A program made the position numbers and the translations under genes. From Malacoraja senta (taxonomy: Eukaryota): DNA of 64,000 bases. The notes under the pieces were generated by a model that searched no databases, was not told where the DNA came from, and worked only from the letters and a program-made list of their open reading frames with translations. The stretch is from the NCBI GenBank assembly GCA_038087875.1, contig CM075996.1:10480001-10544000 (forward strand), in the 5' to 3' direction. This document shows, piece by piece, positions 1 through 13,419 of this stretch (position 1 is the stretch's first letter; each line of letters starts with the position of its first letter).

Positions 1-91
1 CCTCTTCATCTCTTTAATCATCTTCAAGGCAGAAGAAGTGCTAAGTTTTGGCCTTTTACAGTTAAATAAAAAACTATTTGGGAAAACTTAC

Positions 92-248
92 ATCAATCAT
101 ACTTTTAACTCTGCTTTCCAGAGCTTGCATGCTGGAGTCAATGTTCTTCTGGGCTGCACGTGCAGCCTGCAGCTCCAGCCGTGTCTGGCTGAGCTGCTCC
201 TCCAGCAGCGCCAGTGCAGTCAGTAGCTGCTTCTGTTCATCTGTCAAC
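92..248 (-). CDS. SUN2: SUN2-like exon, coiled coil; gene continues beyond the left edge
   Basis: LTDEQKQLLTALALLEEQLSQTRLELQAARAAQKNIDSSMQALESRVKSMID heptad pattern; GTAAGT donor at 91; phase 2 to 0. Confidence 0.85.
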
Positions 249-865
249 CTATAATAATAATAATCAATATAATTTTATTAGCCAAGTATGTATACATACA
301 AGGAACTTGCCTTGGTGCTTTGTTTGCAAGGATAAAAACATGATATACAGTAGACAATTAAAAATAAAACATTATGATTTAAACATGTGGAAATAAAGTA
401 CCAGAGTAAAAAGAGTCGACAGACTTTTGGCTGTTGAGTCGTGGAAAAATACTGTTTTTATGTCTGGCTGTGGTCCAGACAAGACCTGTCCTATACAGGA
501 CAAAGCAAGCCATCAGAGTGCAGGAGCAGAGGAGGGATGGTGGTGCAGCATTAGACCTACGGCCTTACAGTGCCAGACCTGGGTTCAATCCTGACTACCG
601 GTGTAAGGGTGATCGTTGGTCTGCACGGACTCGGTGTACCTCTAAACTAAAAACGACGTTGATCTGTTTCACGCAGCAGCCGACGAAGCCCCCAGCCCCC
701 CCCCAAGGGTCAGCTGCTACTCCACTCCTAGCTGGAAACATACAGCATCAGCGTTATACTGCTCACAGCTCAGCCACAGGCAAACCTGCTGCCGTGCCAC
801 ACCCCAGGGGCACCTTGATGCATCTGCAGATAATGTGGCCTACAACATCAACACCCAGCTCCTAA

Positions 866-1096
866 AGGGCCTGTCCCACTTGGCGATTTTTTCGGCGACT
901 GTCGGCATCATTGACGGACGTATCAGGTCACCGAAAAATTTGCGGCGTGACGCAGCGTGATGACGTATGACGCGCGGTGTTTTAGTGTCGCAACATTTTT
1001 TTTGTCCCCGCTGGATTTTGAAATGTTCAAATCTTTTGGCGACACTGATGTGACAGCGGCAGTCGCCGAACAAAATCGCCAAGACGGACAGGCCCT
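866..1096. mobile_element. PIF/Harbinger-type MITE
   Basis: TIR AGGGCCTGTCC..CTTGGCGATTTT at both ends, TAA duplicated at 863-865 and 1097-1099. Confidence 0.85.
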
Positions 1097-1169
1097 TAAA
1101 TTAGTTATTTATCTCTATCGTTGTGAGCAGTTGGTGCAGTCTGGAAACTGCCGCAGTGCAGCTCTGTAC

Positions 1170-1213
1170 CTTTCCACAGCAGATTCCATTTCCTTCACCT
1201 TCTGCAACATCAT
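1170..1213 (-). CDS. SUN2: SUN2-like short exon
   Basis: ttctattcccag| acceptor, AG|GTACAG donor; MMLQKVKEMESAVE(R), phase 0 to 2. Confidence 0.75.
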
Positions 1214-1687
1214 CTGGGAATAGAAATTAAAAAAACGTTTATTTTCAAGTTCGGAGGCTTTTTAATTCTACTCGCAGCTACTTATTTCACAACATACTTG
1301 TCAAATTTACAAATATGTAATGCAGAAAAGTCACTTTTCCACACTTCATATTTCCTTATTACATAGGCCATTTCAGCCCATCAAATCAATGCCAGCTCTC
1401 AGAGAATCCCAGTCCTTCACGAATTTTCCTTGAAACTAGTTCCTCACAAATTCCCATCAATTGCCCGCAGAATCCACCATTCAATTTAAAGCAAACTTCA
1501 CTGAACTGTAGCAGCTTAACACCCAGAGGATGGGAAATGCAGGGAATTCTCTGCCCAAGTGGCTCCGGAGACCAGTCCTTGAGACCAGTTCAACACCGAG
1601 GTGACTGGCCTTGATATCACGGAATTGAGAGTATGGCGTTAAATGGTGCCGAGATATGTGGTCTGACTGAGAGGTAGAGCAGCTGAG

Positions 1688-1980
1688 GGGCAGCACGGTG
1701 GTGCAGCGGTAGAGTTGCTACCTCACAGCACCAGAGGCCCAGGTTCGATCCCGACTACGGGTGCTATCTGTACGGAGTTTGTATGTTCTCCCCATGACCT
1801 GCGTGGATTTTCTCCAGGTGCTCCGGCTTCCACCCACACTCCAAAGACGTACAGGTTTGTGGGCTAAATAGCTTAGTAAAATTGTAAATTGTCCCTAGTG
1901 TGTGCAGGATAGTGGTAGTGTGTGGATCGCTGGTCGGCGCAGACTTTCCACGCGGTATCTCTAAAACAAAACAAAAAAAG
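1688..1980 (+). mobile_element. tRNA-derived V-SINE (HE1-like). Representative copy; others near 530-650, 4330-4630, 8390-8698(-), 9500-9795, 10490-10795, 21280-21460(-), 32138-32360, 35715-35915, 43650-43970, 63140-63670(-)
   Basis: A box TGGTGCAGCGG, B box GGTTCGATCC, central GTGCTCCGG..TTCC.CCCACA..CCAAAGAC domain, CR1-like 3' end. Confidence 0.85.
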
Positions 1981-2029
1981 ACTAACAGCAGCTATTTCAG
2001 GCAGAATATGAAGGAAAGCTTGCCATGCT

Positions 2030-2312
2030 AGGACCAGAGGCCTTAGCCTCAGAATAAAAGGACGTTCCTTTGGGGAGGAGTTGAGGAATTTCTTTAATCA
2101 GAGGGTGGTGAATCTGTGGAATTCACTCCCACAGTAGGCAGTGGATCTTGTTAAGGAAGAGTTAGATATATTATTGATTAGTATTTGTGTCAGGGGTTAT
2201 GGATAGAAGGCAGGGGAATGGGGTTAAGAGGGTAAGGTAGATCAGCCATGATTGAATGGCGGAGTAGACTTGATGGGCTGAATGGCCTAATTCAGCTCCT
2301 ATCACTTATGAA
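2030..2312 (+). mobile_element. CR1 LINE 3' fragment
   Basis: Encodes degenerate QRVVNLWNSLP terminus followed by the CR1 3'UTR seen throughout the window. Confidence 0.8.
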
Positions 2313-2374
2313 CCATGACTCCCTGTGCCCCTTCTACCCCTTCTCCTGCACCAGCTCCCTCTCCCAGCACCCAC

Positions 2375-2446
2375 CTTGCAATCATCTGCCGACAGCGCCG
2401 GCTCCGTCAGCTCCTCATGCATCTGCTGGATGGTGGCGATGTCAGG
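2375..2446 (-). CDS. SUN2: SUN2-like exon
   Basis: tttgcttccag| acceptor, AAG|GTGGGT donor; PDIATIQQMHEELTEPALSADDCK, 72 nt, phase 0 to 0. Confidence 0.7.
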
Positions 2447-2727
2447 CTGGAAGCAAACACAAGCAGCGTTACAGTCTCACCAGGAGCACGCACCCACCCC
2501 ACCTCTGTCCAACACAGAGTGAGAGCCTTTGCAGAGAGAGATTACGAAATGCGTGCAGATTCGTAGGTTAATTGGCCGCGGTAAATTGCCTCTTCCATGT
2601 CGGCAAGTGGAGAATCCGGGGGAGGGGGGGGAATGGAAGACAATATGGAAAGAATAAAGTTCAGTTCAGTTTATCGTCACGTGTACAGTGAAAAGCTTTT
2701 CAGTTCAGTTCAGTTTTATGTGTCATA

Positions 2728-3148
2728 CTAGACCAAGTGCAGACCCGTTGGGTCTGGACACTGAACGTGCTTCAGACCCCAGGGTTTTAGACCCCGAACG
2801 TGCTTCAGACCCCAGGGAGAAAATCGCTAGCGAAAAAAAAAAAAAGACTTCGTTTTTGGAGCAGAGCCGGGCGGCAGCAGCCGTTATGGTGTCTGGCCAG
2901 CAGGAGGAGACAAAATGAGTGAGTGGTGGGGGGGGGGGAAGGATTTTATTAAAAATGTGTACATAAACACGAAGAAATTTAATCAGGAGTGGATACTTGG
3001 AATGAAAAGTGAAATCTCTACCGAAATGGAAAAAATCTCGGCGTTTCTGCGTGTGGTGTTGGCATAGCAAGGAATCAAAGGAAGGCTGGCAGCCACAAGA
3101 CAGGCAGAAACACACACACACACAGAGTTTTATATAGAGATAGATAGA
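2728..3148 (-). mobile_element. Non-autonomous Helitron
   Basis: Minus strand starts TC (TCTATCTATCTCTATATAAAA), ends with hairpin AGACCC-AAC-GGGTCT then CTAG; sits between A and T, no TSD. Confidence 0.85.
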
Positions 3149-4072
3149 TGTAGGTAAACACAGGGTCAACGGTACAATGAAATGTGTTAGACAAGACAAT
3201 GGGTCACCTCAGCAATGATATTGCATGGATAAAATAAGATAAAAGATAAAAGTGACAGGTGTAGGTAAAAGACAATAATAAATACAAAAATAAAATAATC
3301 AACATATATGATGTGTTTATGAGTTCAGAAGCCTGATGGTAAAAACTGTTCTTAAGTCTGGTGGTACGTGCAGCCATGCTCCTATATCATCTGCCTGACA
3401 GTAACAAGGAGAACAGTCTGCGTGCTGGGTGGCTGTGGTCCTTGATGATGTTGTGTGCCTTCCGCAGGCACCGCCTGTGGAAAATGTCCTGAATGGCCGG
3501 GAGACAGTTGCCTGTGATGTGCTGTGCCGTGTGTAGGGTCAGTCAGGTAGTCCCCCTGCACACCTGTGGACTCATGGTGGGCGCTGTGTTGTCTGCATTC
3601 AACCGGGCATAGAAGGATTTTGTGGCATGCGATCCAGTCAGCAGAAAGACAATACATGATTACAATCAGGGCATTTACAGTGTATAGATACATGATAAGA
3701 GAATAACGTTTAGTGCAAGGTAAAGATAGTAAAGTTTGATTAAAGATAGTCTGAGGGTCACCAATGAGGTAGATCGTAGTTCAGGACTGCTCTCTAGTTG
3801 TGGTAAACTAATTCAGTTGCCAGATAACAAATGTATTAGATTAGTGCAAATGGGTGATCGATGGTCAGCCTGGACTCAGTGGGTCAAAGGGCCTGTTTCC
3901 ATGCCATCTCTCTCAATGACTACCAGGCAGGTTAAGCAACAGGTTAACTAACAGCTGGATTTCCTCCTGCGTCAATCAAGGCTCTGCTCACCCCCCCCTA
4001 TGGACAGACTCTACACATCACTGCCAAACAGGGGTGGGGGAAGTGGCCAACCTGCCAGCATTTGACACTCAC

Positions 4073-4294
4073 CTCCACCCTTTCCAGCGACTCGAAGGGC
4101 AGCATGTTCCGAAGCTCATCCAGTTTCTGAAGGGTTACCTTGCCCAGCAGCTTGATGATGTGGGCTGGTGTCAGCGAGAGAGGGAGGCTTATGGTTTCAG
4201 ACGGTTCACCGCCCCAGTCCAGCCAAGCCCGGAAGGCAGCGGTCAGCAGCTCCAGCTCCTTCTCCATTCTGTGCACTCGCACCTGCAGGCCAGT
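4073..4294 (-). CDS. SUN2: SUN2-like exon, coiled coil
   Basis: TGLQVRVHRMEKELELLTAAF vs SUN2 VMSRVHSLERRLEALAAEF; acceptor at 4294 (or in-frame 4282), GTGAGT donor. Confidence 0.85.
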
Positions 4295-5329
4295 CTAGGA
4301 ACAGAGCAAGACGGTCAGCTTGGGCAGTATGGAGGCGCAGTGGTAGAGTTGCTGCCTTACAGCGCCAGAGACCCGAGTTTGATCCTGACTACAGGTGCTG
4401 CCTGTACGAAGTTTGTACGTTCTCCCCGTGACCTGCATGGGTTTTCTCCGAGATCTTCGGTTTCCTCCCACAATCCAATGATGTACTGGCTTGTAGATTA
4501 ATTGGCTTAGTATTAATGTAAAATTGTCCCTAGTGTGTGTGGGATGAAGTTAGTGTGCAGGGATCACTGGTCGGTGTGGACCTGGTGGGCCAAAAGGCCT
4601 ATTCCCGCGCTGTATCTCTAAACTAAAGTCCATATCAACCTGACCCAGAATATAGCCATCTCCGTCCTATGAGACCATGCACTGCACATTTATTGTCAAG
4701 GCCAGGTTCCACAGCATGGAGGGGACACTTCCAACCTAATGCAGGCCAACTGCAGCCAACACAGGCAAACTCTCCATCCTGCAATCCCATCTCCACCCCA
4801 TTCACTCTGCCCCCAACCCACACAGCAGCCCACCACTTTTCCTCCACTTATCTCACATCTCTCCTCTATTTTCCCCTCAACTACTTTCTCCCCAGGGTGG
4901 AAATGTCAAAGACCAGAGGGTATAGCTTTACAATGAGAGGAATAAAGTATAAAACGTGCTAGATTTTTAATACCAGGTGGATGCCTGGAACACGCCCTGC
5001 CAGGAGAGGTAGATATGATAGAGGCATTTGATAGTCGTATGGATTTGCAGGGAGTGGCGGGATATGGATCGTGTGCAGGCAAGTAAGATTAGTCATCTTT
5101 GTATTATGTTCGACATTGACATTGTGGGCTGAAATGCTATTCCCCCTGCTGCTCCCTCCACACCCACACTTCCAGCACTCCTCTGCCTTTCATCTCTGCT
5201 CACCCTTTCCCCCACTGGCCATGGGAAAGCTTTGATCAACATTTCTCCAGTGACAGCTCGGGTTCAAGTCGTTCCAGCAAGAAGATCAAGAGAGATTCAA
5301 GATACATTTATTGTCACATGCACCAATTG

Positions 5330-7900
5330 AAATAGCCGCACATTTGGATAGCAGCAACAGGATCGGTCCAAGTCAGCATGGATTTACCAAGGGGAAATTA
5401 CGAAGGGGAAAGGGAAAGAAGAGGTCAGTGGTGGGCAAATTAATGGAAAGGATACTTAGAGATTATATATATAATCATCTGGATAAACAGGGTCTGATTA
5501 GGAACAGTCAACATGGATTTGCGCCTGGAAGGTCATGTTTGACTAATCTTGAATTTTTTGAAGAGGTTACTGGGGATATTGATGAGCGTAAAGCAGTGGA
5601 TGTTGTCTATATGGACTTCAGTAAGGCCTTTGACAAGGTTCCACATGGAAGGTTGGTTAAGAAGGTTCAATTGTTGGGTATTAATAGTGGAGTAGCAAGA
5701 TGGATTCAACAGTGGCTGAATGGGAGATACCAGAGAGTAATGGTGGATAACTATTTGTCAGGTTGGAGGCCGGTGACTAGTGGGGTGCCTCAGGGATCTG
5801 TGTTGGGTCCACTGTTGTTTGTCATATACATGAATGAACTGGATGAAGGTGTGGTAAATTGGATTAGTAAGTATGCAGATGATACTAAGATAGGTGGTGT
5901 TGTGGATAATGAAGTAGATGGTAAATGGTAGCGAATTGAGGAATGCAGTTGAACCGAGGGATCTAGGAATAACTGTGCATAGTTCCCTGAAGGTGGAATC
6001 TCATGTAGATAGGGTGGTAAAGAAAGCTTTTGGTGTGCTGGCCTTTATAAATCAGAGCTTTGAGTATAGAATTTGGGATGTAATGTTAAAACTGTACAAG
6101 GCATTGGTGAGGCCAATTCTGGAGTATGGTGTACAATTTTGGTCGCCAAATTATAGGAAAGATGTCAACAAAATAGAGAGAGTACAGAGATTTACTAGAA
6201 TGTTACCTGGGTTTCAGCACCTAAGTTACAGAGAAAGGTTGAACAAGATAGGTCTTTATTCTTTGGAGCGCAGAAGGTTAAGGGGGGACTTGATAGAGGT
6301 CTTTAAAATTATGAGAGGGATAGACAGAGTTGACGTGGATAAGCTTTTTCCATTGAGAGTAGGGAAGATTCAAACAAGAGGACATGATTTGGGAATTAAG
6401 GGACAAAAGATTAGGGGGAACATGAGGGGGAACTTCTTTACTCAGAGAGTGGTAGCTGTGTGGAATGAGCTTCCAGTGGAAGTGGTGGAGGCAGGTTCGA
6501 TTTTATCATTTAAAAATAAATTGGATAGGTATATGGACGGGAAAGGAATGGAGGGTTATGGTCTGAGTGCAGGTAGATGGGACTAGGTGAGAGTAAGTGT
6601 TCGGCACGGACTAGAAGGGCCGAGATGGCCTGTTTCCGTGCTGTAATTGTTATAGGGTTATATGGTTAATCTTCTGGAATTTTTTGAAGATGTAACTAGG
6701 AAAATGGACAAGGGAGAGCCAGTGGATGTAGTGTACCTGGACTTTCAGAAAGCATTTGATAAGGTCCCACATAGGAGATTAGTGTGCAAAATTAGGGCAC
6801 ATGGTATTGGGGGTGGAGTGCTGACATGGATAGAAAATTGGTTGGCAGACAGGAAACAGAAAGTGGGGATTAACGGGTCCCTTTCAGAATGGCAGGCAGT
6901 GACTAGTGGGGTGCCGCAAGGCACGGTGCTGGGACCGCAGCTGTTTACAATATACATCAATGATTTGGATGAAGGGATTCAAAGTAACATTAGCAAATTT
7001 GCAGATGACACAAAGCTGGGTGGCAGTGTGAACTGTGAGGAGGATGCTATGAGAATGCAGGGTGACTTGGACAGGTTGGGGGAGTGGGCAGATGCATGCC
7101 AGATGAAGTTTTATGCGGATAAATGTGAGGTTATCCACTTTGGTAGCAAAAACAGGAAGGCAGATTACTATCTAAATGGCGTCAAGTTGGGAAAAGGGGA
7201 AGTACAGCGGGATCTGGGGGGTCCTTGTTCATCAGTCTATGAAAGTAAGCATGCAGGTACAGCAGGCAGTGAGGAAAGCGAATAGCATGTTGGCCTTTAT
7301 AACAAGAGTCGAGTATAGGAGCAAAGAGGTCCTGGCGCAGTTGTACAGAGCCCTAGTGAGACCACACCTGGAGTATTGTGTGCAGTTTTGGTCCCCTAAT
7401 TTGAGTAAGGAAATTCTTGCTATTGAGGGAGTGCAGCGTAGGTTTACAAGGTTATGGCGGGACTGTCACATGCCGAGAGAATGAAGCAGCTGGGTTTGTA
7501 CACTCTGGGGTTAGAAGGATGAGAGGGTATCTTATTGAAACATATAAGATTGTTAAGGGTTTGGACACGCTGGAGGCAGGAAACATGTTCCCGATGTTGG
7601 GGGAGTCCAGAACCAGGGGCCACAGTTTAAGAATAAGGGGTAAGCCAATTAGAACGGAGACGAGGAAACACTTTTTCTCACAGAGAGTTGTGAGTCTGTG
7701 GAATTCTCTGCCTCAGAGGGTGGTGGAGGCAGGTTCTCTGGATGCTTTCAAGAGAGAGCTGGATAGGGCTCTTAAAGATAGTCAAGTCAGGGGATATGGG
7801 GAGAAGGCAGGAACGGGGTACTGATTGGGGATGATCAGCCATGATCACATTGAATGGCGGTGCTGGCTCGAAGGGCCGAATGGCCTACTCCTGCACCTAT
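5330..7900 (+). mobile_element. Two nested CR1 LINE fragments (5425-6660 inside 5330-7900)
   Basis: RT motifs QHGF, DFx[24 protein letters not shown]; two different 3'UTRs; frameshifts. Confidence 0.92.
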
Positions 7901-9965
7901 TTATTGTCATGGTACAGTGAAATTTGTGGTCACCATACAGCCATACAAATAAAAAAAACACAACACACGATAGTCTTTAACATGAACACCCCCACACAGC
8001 GGAATCAAAGTTTCCCACTGTGAGGGAAGGCACCAAAGTTCAGTCATCCTCCTCTTTGTTGTTCACCCGTGGTCGGGGCCTCCCGAGCCCCCGCAGTCGC
8101 CGCTACAGGCGGCCCGATGTTCAGGCCCTCTCGCCGGGATGATGGAACTCCAACGTCGGAACGGAAGAACATCTCAGCGGCTTGGACTTCCGAATCGGCC
8201 ACTTCTTACCGGCAACCGCTGGATCAAATCCCACCTCGGGCGTGAGCGTGTGTGTGTGTGCGCCACCTCTCAGGTGTGAAATTAAACGCTGCCTTGTCCC
8301 TGGGTGGCAGCTCTGGCCAACACCTCCCAACCACAGCCACAAAGCTGCAAGTCTCACTGCACTTTCTGCCTGGGGATTGTTGTGCAGTTTAGTTTAATTT
8401 AGAGGTACAGCAAGGAAACAGGCCCTTTGGCCCAATGGGTCCGCACCGACCAGCGATCCAAAAGCACTAACAATGTCCCACACACACTTGGGACAATTTA
8501 TACCAAGCAATTAACCAACAAACCTGTACATCTTTGGAGTGTGGGAGGAAACCGAAGATCTCGGAGAAAACCCACGTCGTCACGGAGAGAACGTACAAAC
8601 TTCGGACAGACAGCATCCGTAATCAGGATTGAACCCAGGTCTCCGGTGCTGCAAGCGCTGTAGGCACTAACTCTACCGCTATGCCACCGTGCCGCCCTTG
8701 ATTCCACATTTACTGACCGGAGCAGACATCCATACCATGTGCGGTAACCGTCAAATGACAAAGATTACCCCGAGAATGCTTTGGATCTAAATAAGTATGA
8801 GTTGGCCCATGGATTTTTCTCACGAGGGAGGTGAGCTGGCCACACAGAAGCGGGCAGCTAACGAAGGGTGTGCAAACCACACACACAGGCGGGGAGCTCA
8901 AAGCTGCACAGGGCGGCTAGTGTTGAGAAACCAGCTAGCAAGCTGTCAGAATGCATAGGAGGGAACTGCAGAAGCTGGTTGTGATGTTTGAGGAACGCCA
9001 CCTGCTGCACGGGAGGAGCAATGGGTCCTCCCACCCCACACAGCACCAAACATCACACTGGTTTAAACCGAAGATAGACACAAAAAGTGGAGTAACTCAG
9101 CGGGTCAAGTAGCATCTCCGGAGAGAAAGAATAGGTGACGTTTCGGGTCGAGACCTTCGAGGAATGTCACCTATTCCTTTTCTCCAGTGAATCTGCCTGA
9201 CCTGCTGAGTTACTCCAGCATTTAATGTCGAGCAATCTGTGCAGTTGTGCACAGTGGTCGGTTCAGTGGTGTTGGAGCGTGGACGACTGCAGTATGGGTC
9301 CTTGCTGCTGATCTGGAAGCACAGGGCTCAGGTCTGCAGAATCATACAACACGGAGACAGGCCCTTCAGCCCAACATCGAAGCTGACCAAGTTACCTCGC
9401 AGTGCCAGGGTTTGACCTAGACCTCAGGTGCTCTCTTGTACATTCTCCCTATGACCGCGGGAGTTTCTTCTGGGTGCTCCGGTTTTCCTCCCACATCCGA
9501 GGGGCGACACGTTGGCTCTTGCTGTCTTACAGCGCCAGAGACCTGGGTTCGAACCTGACTACGGGTGCTGTCTGTATGGAGTTTGTATGTTTTCCACGTG
9601 ACCACGTGGGTATTCCCCAGGTGCTCCGGATTCCTCCCCCATTCCAAAGACGCAGAGGTTTGTAGGTTAATTGGCTTCAGTAAAGATTGTAAGTTGGCCC
9701 TAGTGTGTAGACTAGTGGTAGTGTATGGGGTTCGCTGGTCGGCGCAGACTCGGTGGGCCCAAGTGTCTGTTTCTGCGCAGTATCTCTAATCCTAAAAATG
9801 GGTGGGTTAATAGGTCATTTGACCTCTATAAATTGCTCCTTGGTGTGAGGATGAGAAAGTGGGATAACATGGAACTAGTGTGAATGGTCATCGATGGTTA
9901 GCGTGGACTTGGTGGACCGAAGCTCCTGTTACCATGCTGTATTCCTAAACATAGCAAGTCCCACT

Positions 9966-10095
9966 CTGAAGAAGGGTTTCGGCCCGAAACGTTACCTATT
10001 TCCTTCGCTCCATAGATGCTGCTGCACCCGCTGAGTTTCTCCAGCATTTTTGTGTACCTTCGATTTTCCAGCATCTGCAGTTCCTTCTTTAACAC
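9966..10095 (+). mobile_element. Solo PLE pseudo-LTR with minimal hammerhead core
   Basis: CTGAAGA-AGGG-TTTCGG-CCC-GAAAC-GTT; near-identical to the 3' end of the PLE at 33004-33097. Confidence 0.75.
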
Positions 10096-10904
10096 TACTT
10101 GCTAGTGTCTGGTTCATACCCCTCCAAACCTTTCCTGTCCATGTAACTGACCAAGTGCCTTTTAAATGCTGTCATTGTATCCACCTCCATTATAACATCC
10201 TTCTTTTGACAGCTCGTTCCATTTACTCACCGCCCTTTATGCAAAAATAGTTGTCCCTCAGGTCCCTTTTAAATCTTGCCCCTTTCATCTTAAAACTCTG
10301 GCCTCTAGTTTACCAGGACAAAAGACTGATTTCTGTGCCCTCTCATTTATATACGTCTATAAGGTTCAGCCTCCTACACTACATGGTAAAGACCCAGCCT
10401 CGCTGGCCTCTCTTTCTAACTCAAACCTCCACACCCAGTACCATTATAACATCTTTTTTTAAACCTGGGAAATGATACTGAGGAATCATGGGCGGCACAG
10501 TGGTGCAGCGGTAGTTGCTGACTTACAGCACCAGAGACCCAGGTTTGATCCTCACTGCGGGTGCTATCTGTACAGAGTTTGTGCGTTCTCCCATGATCTG
10601 CATAGGTTTTCTCCAAGATCTTTGGTTTCCTCCCAGTCTCCAAAGATGTACAGGTTTGTTGGTTAATTGGCTTGGTATAAATATAAATTTGTCCCTAGTG
10701 TGTGTAGAGTACTGTTAATGTGCGAGCATCGCTGGTCGGTGCGGACTCGGTGGGCCGAAGGGCCGGTTTCCATGCTCTTTCTCTAAACTAAACTGATCCT
10801 GCAGCTTTGCACTTGATTCAGTATTCAGTTTGGGGCAGGCTGGAGTGGGATTCAGAGGGTGAATTCAAGGAGGTGCACTGCCCCTGCTGTCATTCTTGGG
10901 AACT

Positions 10905-11530
10905 TCAAAATTCCTGGGCGTGCATATTTCCGAAGATCTCTCCTGGTCCCAGAACACTGATGCAATCATAAAGAAAGCACATCAGCGCCTCTACTTCCTG
11001 AGAAGATTATGGAGAGTCAGTATGTCAAGGAGGACTCCCTCGAACTTCTACAGGTGCACAATAGAGAGCATGCTGACCGGTTGCATCGTGGCTTGGTACA
11101 GCAAACTGAGCGTCCAGGAGCGGAAAAGGCTGCAAAAAGTTGTAAACACTGCCCAGTCCATCATCGGCTCTGACCTCCCTACCATCGAGGGGATCTATCA
11201 GAGGCGCTGCCTCAAAAAGGCTGCAGCACCATCAAGGACCCACATCATCCTGGCCACACACTCATCTCTCCGCTGCCATCAGGTAGAAGGTACAGGAGCC
11301 TGAAATCTGCAACATCCAGGTTCAGGAACAGCTACTTCCCCACAGCCATCAGACTATTAAACATAACTTCAAACAAACTACGAACTATAACAGCCTATTG
11401 CACTTTATCTGTTTATTTATGTGTGTGTATCTATATAATTTTATGGTACAATATTCTGTTGTGCTGCAGCAAGCAAGAATTTCATTGTCCTATCTGGGAC
11501 ACATTACAATAAACTCTCTTGACTTCACTT
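10905..11530 (+). mobile_element. Rex1/Babar-type non-LTR 3' fragment
   Basis: KFLGVHISEDLSWSQNTDAIIKKAHQRLYFLRRL...FYRCTIESMLTGCIVAWY. Confidence 0.8.
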
Positions 11531-12481
11531 GACTCTCACCCTTCCCTTTCAGATCTGCAAAGCACATGCCTCTAGCTGCACTAGTGCTGCGGCCAATTCA
11601 CATGCCATTCCCACTGCAAGCATCAGCTGCATCAGGAGGACAGGCCTCCCAGTGTAAGTGAACGGGCACCAGACAAAGGCACAGTGAGAAAGCCGGGAGG
11701 GATGGCTGATTGAAGCCCATGCACAATAGACAAGGAGGGAGGGTCGGCCAAATGTATTCAGTATTGTGATTGGCAAGAGGGATGGTCTATTGAAGTATAT
11801 TGGCAGGGAGGACAGCCTATTCTGATCGACAGGATGGCCGATTAGGTCAGACTTGGCCGCGGAAGGACGAAGAACAACTTCCAACCCACTAAAACCCACA
11901 CATGGAATTTTAAATATGCATTTTAAGCTCCTACTGCTGTGGAAGAGTTTCAATGAATGCCAAGATCCACCAGGTACTCACTGGTTTCTGACACTCTGAA
12001 AAGACATTTGGACAGAAATATTGACAAAGTGTTTAGAGGACTGTGGGCCAAATGAGTCCAGTTTGCCAACTTGCTTGGTGAGGCCAACTAACAACATGTT
12101 GCATGACTACAACACCTTGACTATCCTGGAGTCCCAGGGATGGACATGATTGTGCCGAGGACCTCCTGTGATTGTGCAAGTTATTGGGATGCTGGTGGCT
12201 GTACCAGAATGTGGGAAAAGGATGAATGGACTGCGAGGGATCCTGCAGCCAGGGCAGCTCCAGGCTAATCAGGTAATAAGTGATAGGAGCAGAATTAGGC
12301 CATTCAGCCCATCTACGCCATTCAATCATGGCTGATCTATCTCTCCCTCCTAACTCCCTTCTCCTGCCTTCTCCCATAACCCCTGACACCCGGACTGCTC
12401 ACGGGCAGCTGTGAGCTGCGGAGGCAGAGGGCTCCAGGAGGAAGAGCGAGAGTGCACGTGGATGGAACGGTCAGGGCTCAC

Positions 12482-12528
12482 CTGAGTGCTTTCCAGCGCG
12501 CCCGGCTTCTCGGCATGAGACCAGATAC
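12482..12528 (-). CDS. SUN2: SUN2-like exon, start of lumenal region
   Basis: catccacag| acceptor, CAG|GTGAGC donor; (G)IWSHAEKPGALESTQ, phase 1 to 0. Confidence 0.65.
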
Positions 12529-12624
12529 CTGTGGATGACATCAAGAGGCCAACACCTGCAGAGGCAGAAAGGTTGCACTGAAGCAAGCAACATTCATGGT
12601 ATGCAGTCGCCTCAGTCCACTCAC

Positions 12625-13180
12625 TGCCCTCAGTCTGCCTGGACCTACCTGATCTCCCGTTTGCCAAACACTTTAATTACCCTTCCCATTCCCACACTTA
12701 ACCTTTCTGTTCTGGGCCTCCTCCATTGTCAGAGTACGGCCAAATGCAAATTGGAGGAACAACATCTCATATTTTGCTCGGGCAGCTTAAAATCCAGCGG
12801 TGTGAATATTGATTTCTATAACTTCAAGTAAACCTTGCATTCCCTCTCTCTCCATCCCTCCCCCACCCAAGTTGTACCAGCTTCCAAGTCGTCTTGATGA
12901 GTCTCATTGTCTGTAGTCTTTCTCACCCAACAAACAGCTAACAACGGCCTGTTTCTTTTATCATTGTTACTTTTTTGCATATCTTTCATTCATTTGTTCC
13001 ATATCTCTCTACATCACCGTCCATATCTTTCATTTCCCTTTCCCTTGCCTCTCAGTCTGAAGAAGGGTCTCGACCCAAAACATCACCTATTTCTTTTCTC
13101 CAAAGATTCTGTCTGACCTGTTGAGTTACTCCAGCATTTTGTGTTTATCTTCAGTGTAAACATACCTGCAGTTCCTTCCC
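12625..13180 (+). mobile_element. PLE 3' fragment (GIY-YIG end plus pLTR); similar copies at 19400-19955, 22195-22535(-), 35937-36515, 37360-38060(-), 42330-42845, 44859-45216
   Basis: LSVLGLLHCQS..KCKLEEQHLIF matches the C-terminus of ORF 33214-34911. Confidence 0.85.
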
Positions 13181-13419
13181 AATCATTAACCTTTGCTTTT
13201 TACCACAAATCTAATTTTGGTTCCAATGTACCACTCACCTTTTACCTTTTGACCAGTCTGCCATGTGGGACCTTGCCAAAAACCTCACTGAAAACCATAG
13301 TCTCCATGAAACATGCTGCCCTTATCAATTCTTCGTCACCAACTCAAACATTTAACCATCAGTCAGACAGAGCCTTCCTGCATGTACTCAATCCCGACGA
13401 CCTCTCCTTAACTCAACTT

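Noticed and set aside
1688..1760. tRNA gene
   Set aside because: The tRNA-like head continues into a SINE body repeated many times
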